Shown: positions 1 through 11,566 of the stretch, in pieces
How the letters are laid out: each line of letters starts with the position of its first letter
How positions within the stretch are numbered: the first letter of the stretch is position 1
Assembly: GCA_963811605.1 (NCBI GenBank)
Contig: CAWESA010000010.1
Span: forward strand, 1,165,066 to 1,229,065
Source: an uncultured delta proteobacterium
GTDB lineage: Bacteria > Desulfobacterota > Binatia > DP-6
Length of the DNA: 64,000 bases
Reading direction: 5' to 3'
Notes under the pieces: model-generated
Databases searched by the model: none
What the model was told of the DNA's origin: nothing
Seen by the model: the letters and a program-made list of their open reading frames with translations, nothing else
Position numbers and translations under genes: made by a program

Positions 1-883
1 TCTCCACCTCCATCGCCATGCGCGCGAGCTTGAACTTGATGGCCTGGAACTTGGCGATCTTCTGTCCGAACTGCTCGCGTTCCCGGGCGTAGCCGAGCGC
101 GGCCTCGAGGGCCGCCTGGCTGACGCCGACCGAGCGCGCCGCATGCGTGATGCGCCCGCCCTCGAGCGTCCCGGTCACCTGCTGGAAGCCGCCCTCGACG
201 CCGCCCAGCAACGCCGACGCCGGGACGCGCAGGTCCTCGAACGTGAGGGCCGCGGTCTCGGAGGTGTGATGTCCGGTCTTGCGCAGCTTGCGCGAGACGT
301 GGAAGCCGGGCGTCGCGGTGTCGACGAGGAACGTGCTGATCCCCGTGCCCCGCTTCGTGCGATCGGTATAGGCCGCGATCAGGCAGTAGTCGGCGATGTT
401 GCCGTTGGTGATGAACATCTTCGAGCCGTTGATGACGTAGTGGTCGCCCTGCCGTTCGGCGAGCGTGCGGATCGAGGCCGCATCCGAGCCCGAGTTGGGC
501 TCGGAGAGGCCCCAGCAGCCGAGCTTGTCGCCGCGCAGGGCGGGCACGAGATAGTCGCGCTTCTGCGCCTCGGTCCCGAAGCGCAGGAGCGGGATGCAGC
601 CGAGTCCGACGTGCGCCAGCAGCGCCGCCGCGAAGCCGCAGTTGACGCGGGCGATCTCCTCGATGAGCAGGCAGCGCATCACCATGTCGCCGCCGCTGCC
701 ACCGTACTCCTCCGGATAGCCGACGCCGAGGTAGCCGAGGCGTCCCAGCTCGCGAAACAGATCGCGCGGGAACGTCTCGCTCGCTTCGAGCTCGTCCACC
801 CGCGGCGCGAGCGACTTCTCCGCGAAGCCGCGCACCGCGGCGCGAAACGCCTCCTGCTCCTCGTTCAGCGTGAAACCGAGCAT
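1..883 (-). CDS. acyl-CoA dehydrogenase, N-terminal part (C-terminus lies beyond window start)
   Basis: Reverse-strand translation from ATG (complement of 881-883) reads [33 protein letters not shown]...[16 protein letters not shown]...KMFITNG, the ACAD N-terminal and middle-domain signature. It is absent from the ORF track only because it runs off the window edge. Confidence 0.8.
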   Translation of the reverse strand, partial: MLGFTLNEEQEAFRAAVRGFAEKSLAPRVDELEASETFPRDLFRELGRLGYLGVGYPEEYGGSGGDMVMRCLLIEEIARVNCGFAAALLAHVGLGCIPLLRFGTEAQKRDYLVPALRGDKLGCWGLSEPNSGSDAASIRTLAERQGDHYVINGSKMFITNGNIADYCLIAAYTDRTKRGTGISTFLVDTATPGFHVSRKLRKTGHHTSETAALTFEDLRVPASALLGGVEGGFQQVTGTLEGGRITHAARSVGVSQAALEAALGYAREREQFGQKIAKFQAIKFKLARMAMEVE

Positions 884-989
884 GGGAACCTCCGAGCCGC
901 GGGTTGTACCAGGGGCGTCCGCCGGCTGTCACGAGGAGCGGGCATGGAGGAGCCTGGGACGCCCCGCATGCATCTGGTATGGGCGCGTC

Positions 990-2285
990 ATGACCGTGGT
1001 GCGCGTGGAGGACATCGGGAGCCACGACGGCGAGACCGTCGTCCTGCGCGGCTGGCTCGCCGCCCGGCGGTCCAGCGGCAAGGTCCACTTCCTCCAGCTG
1101 CGCGACGGCAGCGGCACGATCCAGTGCGTGATGGGCAAGAACGACGTGCCGCCCGACGTCTTCGCGCGCGCCGACCACCTGGCGCAGGAGAGCACGCTGG
1201 AGGTGACGGGCACCGTGCGCGCCGACGCGCGCGCGCCCATCGGCTACGAGCTGGGCGTGTCGGACCTGCGCGTCCTGCACGTGCCGGACGCGGAGTATCC
1301 GATCTCGCCCAAGGAGCACGGCGCCGCGTTCCTCCTCGAGCATCGCCATCTGTGGCTGCGCTCCAGCCGGCAGCACGCGGTGCTGCGCATCCGCGCCGAG
1401 GTGGTGCGCGCCTGTCGCGAGTACCTCGACGCCAACGGCTTCGTCGGCTTCGACGCCCCGATCCTGACCCCGGCCGCGTGCGAGGGCACCACGACGTTGT
1501 TCCCGGTCGAGTACTTCGGCGAGACGGCCTACCTCACGCAGAGCGGCCAGCTCTACGGGGAGGCGGGCGCGCTCGCGTTCGGAAAGGTGTACGTCTTCGG
1601 CCCGACCTTCCGCGCCGAGAAGTCGAAGACCCGACGCCACCTCACCGAGTTCTGGATGGTGGAGCCGGAGATGGCGTTCGCCGGACTCGACGAGGACATG
1701 GCCCTCGCCGAGGACTTCCTGGTCCACATCGTCGGGCGCGTGCTCGAGCGCCGTCGTCCCGAGCTGGCCGCGCTCGAGCGCGACGTCGCGGCGCTGGAGC
1801 GCATCCAGGCGCCGTTTCCCCGCCTCACCTACTCCGACGCGATCGAGCTGCTCCGTCGCGCGGGCATGGACATCGCCTGGGGCGACGACCTGGGCGCGGA
1901 GGCCGAGACGGCGCTCTCCCGGCAGTTCGACCGTCCCGTGCTGGTGCACCGCTATCCCCTCGCCGCCAAGGCGTTCTACATGAAGGCCGACCCGCAGGAT
2001 CCGCGCCTCGCCCTGTGCGTCGACGTGCTGGCGCCGGAAGGATACGGCGAGATCATCGGCGGGGGCCAGCGCGAGGACGACCTGGCCGCGCTCGAGGGGC
2101 GCGTCGCGCAGCACGGACTGCCGCGTGACGCATTCGACTGGTATCTCGACCTCCGCCGTTTCGGATCGGTGCCCCACGCGGGCTTCGGCATGGGTATCGA
2201 GCGCTGCGTCGCCTGGCTGTGCGGCTTGCACCACGTGCGCGAGACGATTCCGTTCCCGCGCATGCTCGAGCGCCTGCGCCCGTGA
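990..2285 (+). CDS. asnS: asparaginyl-tRNA synthetase (class II aaRS)
   Basis: ATG 40 codons inside track ORF 870..2285. Class II motif 2 [24 protein letters not shown] and motif 3 [13 protein letters not shown] are present. The N-terminal OB fold and ~430 aa length are typical of AsnRS rather than AspRS. Confidence 0.75.
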   Translation: MTVVRVEDIGSHDGETVVLRGWLAARRSSGKVHFLQLRDGSGTIQCVMGKNDVPPDVFARADHLAQESTLEVTGTVRADARAPIGYELGVSDLRVLHVPDAEYPISPKEHGAAFLLEHRHLWLRSSRQHAVLRIRAEVVRACREYLDANGFVGFDAPILTPAACEGTTTLFPVEYFGETAYLTQSGQLYGEAGALAFGKVYVFGPTFRAEKSKTRRHLTEFWMVEPEMAFAGLDEDMALAEDFLVHIVGRVLERRRPELAALERDVAALERIQAPFPRLTYSDAIELLRRAGMDIAWGDDLGAEAETALSRQFDRPVLVHRYPLAAKAFYMKADPQDPRLALCVDVLAPEGYGEIIGGGQREDDLAALEGRVAQHGLPRDAFDWYLDLRRFGSVPHAGFGMGIERCVAWLCGLHHVRETIPFPRMLERLRP

Positions 2286-2325
2286 CTTGACGGTCTCCCG
2301 GGCCGCGATTAGGAGAGGCGGTCTC

Positions 2326-2760
2326 ATGGCGCAACGCGGCAGGCTGCTCACATTCGGGTTTCTGATCCTGTTCGCAGGGGCCGCCTTGGCGCAGACGACG
2401 GCCGCCAAGCGGTCGGCCGCGGACGAGCAGCGCTCGCTGCTCAACCAGCTGGCGGAAGCCCAGAAGTGGGCCGGCGAGCAGCTGTGGCACGTCAAGGAGG
2501 AGATCGACACCCTCCCTGGCCTGATCGACCAGATGAAGGACGCGAACAACGCCCGCCAGGAGGACGTCCAGAAGCTGCGCGACGAGGTGAAGGGGCTCTA
2601 CGTCGAGACGTCGAGCCTGCGCCAGCAGCTCGAGGAGCTCAAGAGCGACATCGGCGGCGTCAACGCCAACGTCTCCGGCTTCCGCACGTTCTCGGGCTTC
2701 TTCATCGCGGTCATGATCCTGCTGCTGGCCGTCATCTTCCTCATGACGATCCGCCGGTGA
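2326..2760 (+). CDS. hypothetical secreted coiled-coil protein with C-terminal TM anchor
   Basis: Internal ATG preceded by GGAGAGG. MAQRGRLLTFGFLILFAGAALA is a signal peptide, the middle is heptad-rich (QLAEAQKW...LRQQLEELKSD), and the C-terminus is hydrophobic (FFIAVMILLLAVIFLM). Confidence 0.55.
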   Translation: MAQRGRLLTFGFLILFAGAALAQTTAAKRSAADEQRSLLNQLAEAQKWAGEQLWHVKEEIDTLPGLIDQMKDANNARQEDVQKLRDEVKGLYVETSSLRQQLEELKSDIGGVNANVSGFRTFSGFFIAVMILLLAVIFLMTIRR

Positions 2761-2998
2761 CATCGACGATCGCCGGATCGGCGCGGAGTTCCGGGGGGCG
2801 GATCTCGTACGGTTCGTCGCGCGGCGTGGATGGCCGATACGGTCGATACCGGACGGCCCAGGGCGTCAGCAGCCGACGGCCGAATGGCGTCATGGCCGCG
2901 ATCACGAGCGCGCACAGGACGAGGCCGACCTCCATCCGTCCCCGATCTAGCAGCCCCCTGGAACGCTGCCAAGCTACCGGGAGCGGCGCGGTATCGCA

Positions 2999-4144
2999 TC
3001 AGGAGTTGCCCAGCACCACCACGCACGACACGGCACCCGGGCCGCCGACGTTGTGGGCCAGGCCGAGGGCGGGGCTCTTCACCTGGCGCGCGCCCGCTTC
3101 GCCGCGCAGCTGCGTCACCACCTCGTAGATCATGCGCACACCGCTGGCCCCGATCGGATGCCCGAACGACTTGAGCCCGCCGCTCGGATTGATCGGGATG
3201 TCGCCGTCGAGCGCGGTGCGCCCCTCCTCGACGAGGTTGCCGCCCTCACCCTTCTTGCAGAAGCCGAGATCCTCGGTGTTCGAGATCTCGGTCCAGGTGA
3301 AGCAGTCGTGCACCTCGGCGAAGTCGATGTCGCGCGCGGTGATCCCGGCCATCGCGTAGGCCGCCTGCGCGGCCTTCTGGGTGGAGCGGAAGCCGAGGTA
3401 GTCGAAGGTGGGATCGAAGTACGGCTTGCCCGTCTCGACGGCCAGCGCGGCGCCCTTGACCAGGATGGGCGCCCGCTTCCAGCGCGTCGCCAGGTCGGCG
3501 CGGCAGACGATCGCCGCCGCGGCGCCGTCGGTGGTGGGGCAGCAGTCGAACAGGCCGAAGGGCCACGCGATCAAGGGCGCCTTCAGCACCTGCTCGACCG
3601 TGATCTCCGCGCGCAGGTGCGCCTTGTCGTTCCGGGCGCCGTTGGCGTGGTTCTTCACCGCCACCCGGGCGAGCGTCTCGCGACCCAGCCCGAAGGTGTG
3701 CATGTACCGGGTGGCCGCGAGGGCGAAGAGTCCGGGCGCCGTGTTGCCGCGCGCCAGCAGCGGGTGGCCGAGACGCGGGATGCCGCGGCCGCCACGGTCC
3801 TTCAGCTTCTCCGCGCCCAGCACCAGGACGACGTCGTGCACGCCCGCGGCCACGGCGAGGCAGGCGTTGCGGAACGCGTCGGTGCCGGTGGCGCAATAGT
3901 TCTCGACCCGCGTGATCGGCCGGCCGTAGAGCCGGAGCGCGTCGGCCAGCGAGGTGGCGGATTTTCCCCCGCCCGGTCCGGGCAGGTACGTCCCGAGGTA
4001 GCCCGCCTGGATGTCGTCCGGGTCGATGCCGGCGTCGTCGTAGGCGGCGAACGCGGCATCGCAGATGAGCTCCTCGTAGCCGCGATCGTAGCGCTCGCCG
4101 AACCGGGTGCAGCCGACGCCGATGACGGCGACGCGATCCTTCAT
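2999..4144 (-). CDS. thiolase-like protein, SCP-x / nonspecific lipid-transfer type
   Basis: MKDRVAVIGVGCTRFGE... start; nucleophile Cys in ENYCATGTDA; C-terminal NPSGGLKSFGHPIGASG and GGPGAVSCVVVL motifs. The start overlaps the upstream stop as ATGA at 4141-4144. Confidence 0.8.
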   Translation of the reverse strand: MKDRVAVIGVGCTRFGERYDRGYEELICDAAFAAYDDAGIDPDDIQAGYLGTYLPGPGGGKSATSLADALRLYGRPITRVENYCATGTDAFRNACLAVAAGVHDVVLVLGAEKLKDRGGRGIPRLGHPLLARGNTAPGLFALAATRYMHTFGLGRETLARVAVKNHANGARNDKAHLRAEITVEQVLKAPLIAWPFGLFDCCPTTDGAAAAIVCRADLATRWKRAPILVKGAALAVETGKPYFDPTFDYLGFRSTQKAAQAAYAMAGITARDIDFAEVHDCFTWTEISNTEDLGFCKKGEGGNLVEEGRTALDGDIPINPSGGLKSFGHPIGASGVRMIYEVVTQLRGEAGARQVKSPALGLAHNVGGPGAVSCVVVLGNS

Positions 4145-5532
4145 GCCGGTCTCACCTTCCAGAAGTAGTTGCGATCGCCGCCGGCCTCGTGCAAGCGGCG
4201 GAACGTGAGGCGCACGCGGGCCCCGACGGCGATCTCGCCCTCGGCGCAGTCGGTTCCCTGCAGGTACACGCGTCCGCCGCCGTCGAGATCGACCACGACC
4301 ATGGGCATGGGATGCTCGGCCACCTGCGCCAGGTTGTCGATGGTGAAGGTGAAGACCGCGCCGGTCTTGGCGAGCTTCGCGTCCGTCATGCGTTGGCGCG
4401 CCCGGCACCCGATGCAGATGAGCGCCTGCGGGTACTGCACGAGCCCGCAGGCGTCACACCGGCTGCCGTACAGCCGCACGTCCTGCTTGAGCTCCTTCCA
4501 CTCGATGTACGTGGAGACCGCCTCGCCGCCGACGTCCGACGGCAGCATGCCGCGGGCGCGGAGCCAGCGCTCGTACGAGAGCACCGGCAGGCCGCCCGCG
4601 AGGCGGTCGGCGAGCGGAACGGGCCGCCGCGCCGGCAGCGCGTCGGTGGCGCGGAACACCAGCGCGTCGGCGCCCTCGCCGTAGCCCGCGACGACCACGA
4701 ACTCGCCGGGCGTTGCGGTCTCCAGCGCACGCGCCAGGAGCGCGAACGGCTCGGCGGTTCCGAGCATGCCGGTCCCGAGCGGCGCGCCCAGCTGGGTCTC
4801 AGGGTCACATCCGACACGCCGCACGACGTCGGAGGCCGCGCGCGCATCCGGAAGGCCGAGGCACAGGGTCGCGACCCGCGCCGGCGGTACCTCGGCCTTG
4901 CGCAGCGCCGCCGCGATGGCCTCCGGGACGTCGCGCGCCACGCCGTACTGGTTGCCGAAGCGGGCGTCGGCGACCTGCAGGTAACGCTGCTCGTCCGTCC
5001 GCCACGCGTAGGTGAACGTTTCGCTCACCGACGCGGCGCTCACCAGCTCCGCGATCACGTCGTCCGCGCCCACGGCGAGGCAGGCGGCGCCGTCGCCGAG
5101 CTGCGCCTCGAGCTCGGAGCCCGGCTCGGCGGGCCGGACGTCCGCCGCGACCACCAGCGGGCGCGACAGGCTCCCGGCACGCACCGCATCGCAGGCGGCG
5201 CGCAGCGCGGCCAGGCCCGCGCGCGCCGAGCCGGCGTGGTCCGCGACGGCGGACGAGCGCGGCAGATCGACGGCCGTCGCCACCATGCTCGCCACCTGCT
5301 TCTCCCGGTACGGCGCGCTGGTGCTGGCGAAGAACAGGCCGTCGCAGGCCGCCGGATCGGCATCGCCGAGGCAGGCCAGGGTCGCGTCGACGGCCATCGT
5401 GAGGGCGTCCTCGTCGAACGCGGCCACCGTGCGGCTGCCGGCCGGAACGCGCGAGCCCCAGGCCTGCGCGATGAGCCTGCGGTCGAGGCGGCGCCGCGGA
5501 AAGTACGTGGCGAGACGCGTGATGCCGGGCAT
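4141..5532 (-). CDS. HMG-CoA synthase-like (KAS-III fold) N-domain fused to DUF35 (Zn-ribbon + OB-fold) C-domain
   Basis: N-terminus MPGITRLATYFPRR...RTVAAFDEDALTMAVDA is HMGCS-like. The C-terminus has a CDACG...CIGC zinc ribbon followed by an OB-fold segment (VFTFTIDN...VVVDLDGGGRVYLQ), which is a DUF35 architecture. Confidence 0.7.
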   Translation of the reverse strand: MPGITRLATYFPRRRLDRRLIAQAWGSRVPAGSRTVAAFDEDALTMAVDATLACLGDADPAACDGLFFASTSAPYREKQVASMVATAVDLPRSSAVADHAGSARAGLAALRAACDAVRAGSLSRPLVVAADVRPAEPGSELEAQLGDGAACLAVGADDVIAELVSAASVSETFTYAWRTDEQRYLQVADARFGNQYGVARDVPEAIAAALRKAEVPPARVATLCLGLPDARAASDVVRRVGCDPETQLGAPLGTGMLGTAEPFALLARALETATPGEFVVVAGYGEGADALVFRATDALPARRPVPLADRLAGGLPVLSYERWLRARGMLPSDVGGEAVSTYIEWKELKQDVRLYGSRCDACGLVQYPQALICIGCRARQRMTDAKLAKTGAVFTFTIDNLAQVAEHPMPMVVVDLDGGGRVYLQGTDCAEGEIAVGARVRLTFRRLHEAGGDRNYFWKVRPA

Positions 5533-5636
5533 GTCGGGCGGACAGTAGTCCAGAGCGCGCGCGATGTGCCAGCGGACGCGGGCCCGACGCCGGCCACCCT
5601 CGCCTTGACCACTCCGGGCGCTCCGGCTACCGCATC

Positions 5637-6347
5637 TTGACCATGCGCCGCGACGTCGGCATCGGGACCACGCGGCTCGGCGGGCGGCCCGCGATCGTTG
5701 CCGCCGGCGGCGAAGCGGACCTCGACGCCCTCCTCACCGCCGACGCCGCCGACGTCGTCGAGCTGCGCGCCGACCTGTTCGACGAGCCGACCGTGGCCCG
5801 GGTCCTCGACGCGCTGGCGCGGCTGCGGGCGACCGGGCGTCCCCTGCTCTTCACGGCGCGCGCCGCCGTCGAGGGCGGACGCGCCATGCCGGAGACGATG
5901 CGGGCGGAGCTCTATCGCTCCGCGCTGCCGCACGTCGCGGCGATCGACGTCGAGATCGCCTCGGATGGACTCGTCGCCGACCTGCTGCCGGCTGCCCGCG
6001 CGGCGGGATGCACCGTCATCCTGTCCGCGCACGACTTCGTCACCACCCCGTCGCGCGAGGTGCTGCTCGGGCTCGTCGACGCCGCGCGCGCGCGCGGCGC
6101 CGATGTGCCGAAGCTGGCGACGCACGCCGCCACGCGGGACGACCTGCGGACCCTGATCGACGTGACGCTGGCGGCCAGCGTGGACGGCATCGTCACGCTC
6201 GGCATGGGCATGCTGGGGCCGCTGTCGCGCCTCGTCCTGCCGGCGGCGGGCTCGCTGCTCACCTACGGCGCGGCCGGCGGCGGCACGGCGCCGGGTCAGA
6301 CGCCGGTGGCCGAGCTCGCGGCGCTGGTCGGACGTCTCTTCCCGTGA
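5637..6347 (+). CDS. aroD: 3-dehydroquinate dehydratase type I
   Basis: DVVELRADLF, ILSAHDFVTTP and the general AroD length and pattern. Divergent from the HMGCS/DUF35 gene. Confidence 0.6.
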   Translation: MTMRRDVGIGTTRLGGRPAIVAAGGEADLDALLTADAADVVELRADLFDEPTVARVLDALARLRATGRPLLFTARAAVEGGRAMPETMRAELYRSALPHVAAIDVEIASDGLVADLLPAARAAGCTVILSAHDFVTTPSREVLLGLVDAARARGADVPKLATHAATRDDLRTLIDVTLAASVDGIVTLGMGMLGPLSRLVLPAAGSLLTYGAAGGGTAPGQTPVAELAALVGRLFP

Positions 6348-7012
6348 GCATCGTCGTCCGCAACGCGGTCCTCGCGTGCTGGCTCGTCCTCGGCGGGACG
6401 GCCGGCGTGGCGCCGCCGCGTGCCCAGGAGGCGCCCCCCGCGACGGCCGCGCCGACCACCACCACGACGGTCCCCGAGGGAACGGACGAGTCGGTCGGCT
6501 TCGAGAGCCCGCGCAGCGCCATGCGCGGATTTCTCTGGGCCGGCCGCGCCGACGACTGGGCCGCGGCCGCCAAGTACCTCGACCTGCGCGGACGCGACGC
6601 GAAGGACGGTCCGCGCCTGGCGCGAGAGTTGAAGACGGTCCTCGACCGCAAGCTGTGGGTGGACCTCGACGCGCTCAGCACCGAGCCCGAGGGCGATCCC
6701 AACGACAGGCAGGTCCCCAACCGCGATGCGGCCGGCGCCTTCCAGCTCGCCAACGGCGACTGGGCGAAGATCCTGCTGGAACGCGTGCCCGGACCCGGCA
6801 ACACGCGGCAATGGAAGATCGCACGCTCCACCGTCCAGCAGATGATCCACAGCGCGGCCGACCGCGGCCTCGACCGCGAGCGGCAGCGGTCGGTGGAGGC
6901 GCAGGTGGCGGCCTGGCGGGCGGAACGCTCGCTGCCGCTCCCGCACATGTCGCCCGAGCGCGCCGCGGAGATCTCCGACACGCTCGAGTGGCCCGTCCCG
7001 CGCAAGACATGA
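6344..7012 (+). CDS. hypothetical secreted protein
   Basis: GTG start overlapping the aroD stop (GTGA). Signal-peptide-like N-terminus VSIVVRNAVLACWLVLGGTAG, then a TTTT linker and a conserved-looking SPRSAMRGFLWAGRADDWAAAAKYLDL. Confidence 0.45.
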   Translation: MSIVVRNAVLACWLVLGGTAGVAPPRAQEAPPATAAPTTTTTVPEGTDESVGFESPRSAMRGFLWAGRADDWAAAAKYLDLRGRDAKDGPRLARELKTVLDRKLWVDLDALSTEPEGDPNDRQVPNRDAAGAFQLANGDWAKILLERVPGPGNTRQWKIARSTVQQMIHSAADRGLDRERQRSVEAQVAAWRAERSLPLPHMSPERAAEISDTLEWPVPRKT

Positions 7013-7569
7013 GGTGGGGCGACACCCTCGACCTCGACCGCTCGCTCCGCGAGCTGGCCTACCGCTGCTGGCCCGACGGCTGTCCGCGTGCCCGGACGTG
7101 CTGCGTCGGGCTGGTGGTCGAGGCGTCGCGACGCGAGGTGCGGGTGATCGATTCGCTGATGGACCGGCTCGCCGCGATGCTGCCCGCGCTGCGGGACGGC
7201 GACACGTACGCCAGCGTGTTCGTCGACGAGACGCCCGGCTACGTCATCGAGTCGCACGACGACGGCGCCTGTCCCTTCCTCCTGCGCACTCGGCGTCACG
7301 CGCTGTGCGCGATCCACTCCCTCGCGCTGCGCGACGGAGTGCCGGTCGCCTCCGTCAAGCCCGCCGCCTGCCGGCACTGGCCCCTGATGCTCGACGTCGT
7401 GCGCGGCCGGCTGCGGCTCACCGTCCAGCCGACGGCGATCGCGATGGGATGCGTCGCGCCGCGCCGCGAGCTGCCGGGACACCCGTCGGTGCGCGAGGCG
7501 TTCGGCGCCGAGATCGACGAGCTGTGCCGCGACAACCGGCTCCGGATCGCTCGCGCCTCGAGGCGCTGA
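7009..7569 (+). CDS. cysteine-cluster protein (DUF3109 / YkgJ-like?)
   Basis: ATG overlapping the upstream stop (ATGA). Cys pattern CWPDGCPRARTCC...C...C...C...C resembles a Fe-S/Zn cluster-binding small protein family. Confidence 0.4.
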   Translation: MRWGDTLDLDRSLRELAYRCWPDGCPRARTCCVGLVVEASRREVRVIDSLMDRLAAMLPALRDGDTYASVFVDETPGYVIESHDDGACPFLLRTRRHALCAIHSLALRDGVPVASVKPAACRHWPLMLDVVRGRLRLTVQPTAIAMGCVAPRRELPGHPSVREAFGAEIDELCRDNRLRIARASRR

Positions 7570-7577
7570 GCGCCACC

Positions 7578-9026
<1,449 letters not shown>

Positions 9027-9123
9027 GGCGCGAGCATAGCGCATGTCGCAGGGTCGCGGGATCCTTGACATGGTGCGGCATAAGCCGGTTCTTGAGGGTC
9101 TGAACCGCCAGGAGGTGCCTCGC

Positions 9124-10974
9124 ATGGCCGACACCGCGCCCAACCACTACAAGCTCGACCGCCGCAGCATCGACTTCACCCTCTACGAGCACCTGCACAT
9201 CGAGCAGCTGTTCGACACCGAGCGCTACGGCCACCTCACGCGCGACGAGTGTGACGCGGTCCTCGATCAGTGCGGCCGCTTCGTCACCGAGGTGACGGGG
9301 CCCCTCAACGGTCCGGCCGACCGCGCCGGCTGTCGCTTCGACAACGGCACGGTGCACACCCCGGCCGGCTTCAAGGATGCGTGGAAGAAGCTCTTCGACC
9401 TCGGTCTGGTGTCGTTCGCCATGCCGCCGGACGCCGGCGGCTTCGGCGGACCGCACGCCATCGAGGTCATCCTCCAGGAGATGCAGAGCGGCGCCAACAC
9501 CGCCTTCAACATGTATCCCGGCCTCACCCACGGGGCCGCGGACGTGATCCAGCACTTCGCGCTGCCGGAGAACAAGGCGCGCTTCCTGCCGCACATGCTG
9601 GCGGGCCGCTTCTCCGGCACCATGTGTCTGTCGGAGCCGCACGCCGGCTCCGACGTCGGCGCGACCAAGACCAGGGCCAGGCACCTCGAGGGCAGCCTCT
9701 ACGCCATCAGCGGCACGAAGTGCTGGATCTCGGCGGGCGACCACGACCTGGCCGAGAACGTCATCCACCTCGTGCTGGCGCGCATCGACGGCGCCCCCGC
9801 GGGCACGAAGGGGCTGTCGCTCTTCATCGTGCCGAAGATCTGGGTCAACGACGACGGCAGCCTCGGCGAGCCGAACGACGTGGTGACGGGCTCCATCGAG
9901 CACAAGCTCGGCATCAAGGCGTCGGCCACGGCGGTCCTCAACTTCGGCGAGAACGGCGCGTGCCGCGGCATCCTGGTCGGCGGCGAGCAGCATCAGGGCA
10001 TCAAGCAGATGTTCCGTATGATGAACAGCTCGCGCATCGCGGTCGGCATCCAGGGCGTCGCCGTCGCCTCGACGGCGTACCTCAACGCGCTCGGCTACGC
10101 GCGCGAGCGGCTGCAGGGCTCCTCGGTCCGCCACTTCAAGGATCCGAACGCGCCGCGCGTGGCCATCATCGAGCACGCCGACGTGCGGCGCATGCTGCTC
10201 GAGATGAAGGCCAAGGTGGAAGGCATGCGCACGCTGGCCGTCAAGCTGGCTTTGCACTCCGACCTGGCCCTCGCGCTCGAGCAGGCCGATCCTGCCAAGG
10301 CGCAGTACCACCAGGGGCAGGTCGACCTGCTGACGCCGATCGTCAAGGCGTACTGCGCCGACCAGGCCTTCCGCATCGCCGAGCTGGCCGTCCAGACCTA
10401 CGGCGGCGCGGGTTTCGTCACCGACCACCCGGTCGAGCAGTACGTCCGCGACGCCAAGATCTTCTCGATCTACGAGGGCACGAACCACATCCAGGCGGTC
10501 GATCTGGTGGCGCGCAAGCTCCAGGCCAACGGCGGCGAGAGCTTCGCGACGTTCATGGGCGAGATCGAGCGCTTCGTGCGCGAGCACGAGCGTCAGCCCG
10601 GGATCGGCAACGAGGTGCGCGCGCTCGGCGAGGCGCTCGACGCCCTCAAGCGCTGCGCGGGCGCGCTCATGGAGTACTTCATGGGCGGCAAGATCGACCA
10701 GGTGACGCTGTGCGCGAACTCGTTCCTCGAGGCCATGGCCGAGGTGACGCTCGCGCACCTGCTCCTCGAGGCGGCGGTCATCGCGGAGTCGAAGCGCTCG
10801 GCGATCGAGGACGATCAGAGCGAGGACGACGACTTCTACGAGGGCAAGGTGGCGGCGGCGAAGTTCTTCGTCAACTTCGTGCTCCCCGGCGTGCACGCGA
10901 AGACGGCGGTGATCACGAACGCCGACCGCAGCGCGCTCGACGTGCCGAATCGTGGGTTCTCGACCGTGGGCTGA
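9124..10974 (+). CDS. acyl-CoA dehydrogenase, long (~616 aa) form
   Basis: AGGAGG precedes the ATG (MADTAPNHY...). SEPHAGSDVGAT, YGGAGFVTDHPVEQYVRDAKIFSIYEGTN and a C-terminal extension are typical of the FadE/AidB-like long ACADs. Confidence 0.85.
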   Translation: MADTAPNHYKLDRRSIDFTLYEHLHIEQLFDTERYGHLTRDECDAVLDQCGRFVTEVTGPLNGPADRAGCRFDNGTVHTPAGFKDAWKKLFDLGLVSFAMPPDAGGFGGPHAIEVILQEMQSGANTAFNMYPGLTHGAADVIQHFALPENKARFLPHMLAGRFSGTMCLSEPHAGSDVGATKTRARHLEGSLYAISGTKCWISAGDHDLAENVIHLVLARIDGAPAGTKGLSLFIVPKIWVNDDGSLGEPNDVVTGSIEHKLGIKASATAVLNFGENGACRGILVGGEQHQGIKQMFRMMNSSRIAVGIQGVAVASTAYLNALGYARERLQGSSVRHFKDPNAPRVAIIEHADVRRMLLEMKAKVEGMRTLAVKLALHSDLALALEQADPAKAQYHQGQVDLLTPIVKAYCADQAFRIAELAVQTYGGAGFVTDHPVEQYVRDAKIFSIYEGTNHIQAVDLVARKLQANGGESFATFMGEIERFVREHERQPGIGNEVRALGEALDALKRCAGALMEYFMGGKIDQVTLCANSFLEAMAEVTLAHLLLEAAVIAESKRSAIEDDQSEDDDFYEGKVAAAKFFVNFVLPGVHAKTAVITNADRSALDVPNRGFSTVG

Positions 10975-10978
10975 CGGC

Positions 10979-11566
10979 TCAGCGGGGGCGGCCCGGCCGC
11001 ACGGTGCGACCGACGAAGTACGGTCCGCCGCGGTACCAGCCGCCCCACGGTCCTCCCCAGCCGCCGAAGCCGAGGCCCCAGCCCCAGCCGGGGTAGCCGT
11101 AGTACCCGTACGGATACGGATACGCCTCGCGGGGCGCGCGCTTCGGCCACAGGTACATGGCCTCGGCGCGCAGCTTCGGGAAGGTGTAGTCGTAGTCCCC
11201 CACCTTCGCGCTGGAGGTGCCCTCGAGCGTCCCGACCACCGTGATCTCACGACCGGGCGCGTAGATCGTGGGGTCGTAGAAGCCCGCCTCGCAGGCGAGG
11301 AAGCGCCCCGAGGTGTCGTCCGACGGGATCGGGCGGGTACGGCGATCGAGCGCCTGGCTCACGATCTCGACGCAGGTCTCGCTGTTCCGCGGCGTCGTGC
11401 TGGCGATCTCGCCGCCCCAGCGCACCCGCTCACCCGTGACGTGGTCGGCCTGGGCCTGCGCGACGGTGAGCTGCGGGTAGACTCCCTGCAGGGGGGGCGG
11501 GATGCGGGGCGCGCAGGCGGCGAGCAGCGGAAGCCAGGCGAGCCAGCGAAGACGACGCACGATCAC
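10979..11566 (-). CDS. Slp-family outer membrane lipoprotein with Tyr/Gly/Trp-rich C-terminal tail
   Basis: Lipobox LLAAC, then the Slp core GERVRWGGEIASTTPRNSETCVEI...TVVGTLEG. The C-terminal 45 aa are an aromatic-Gly low-complexity tail. GTG start immediately after the arfB stop. Confidence 0.65.
   Translation of the reverse strand: MIVRRLRWLAWLPLLAACAPRIPPPLQGVYPQLTVAQAQADHVTGERVRWGGEIASTTPRNSETCVEIVSQALDRRTRPIPSDDTSGRFLACEAGFYDPTIYAPGREITVVGTLEGTSSAKVGDYDYTFPKLRAEAMYLWPKRAPREAYPYPYGYYGYPGWGWGLGFGGWGGPWGGWYRGGPYFVGRTVRPGRPR

Noticed and set aside
143-2128. 661-aa plus-strand ORF spanning the first 2 kb
   Set aside because: Arg/Ala/Gly-rich low-complexity translation, antisense to the acyl-CoA dehydrogenase and out of frame with asnS. 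Typical GC-rich artefact.
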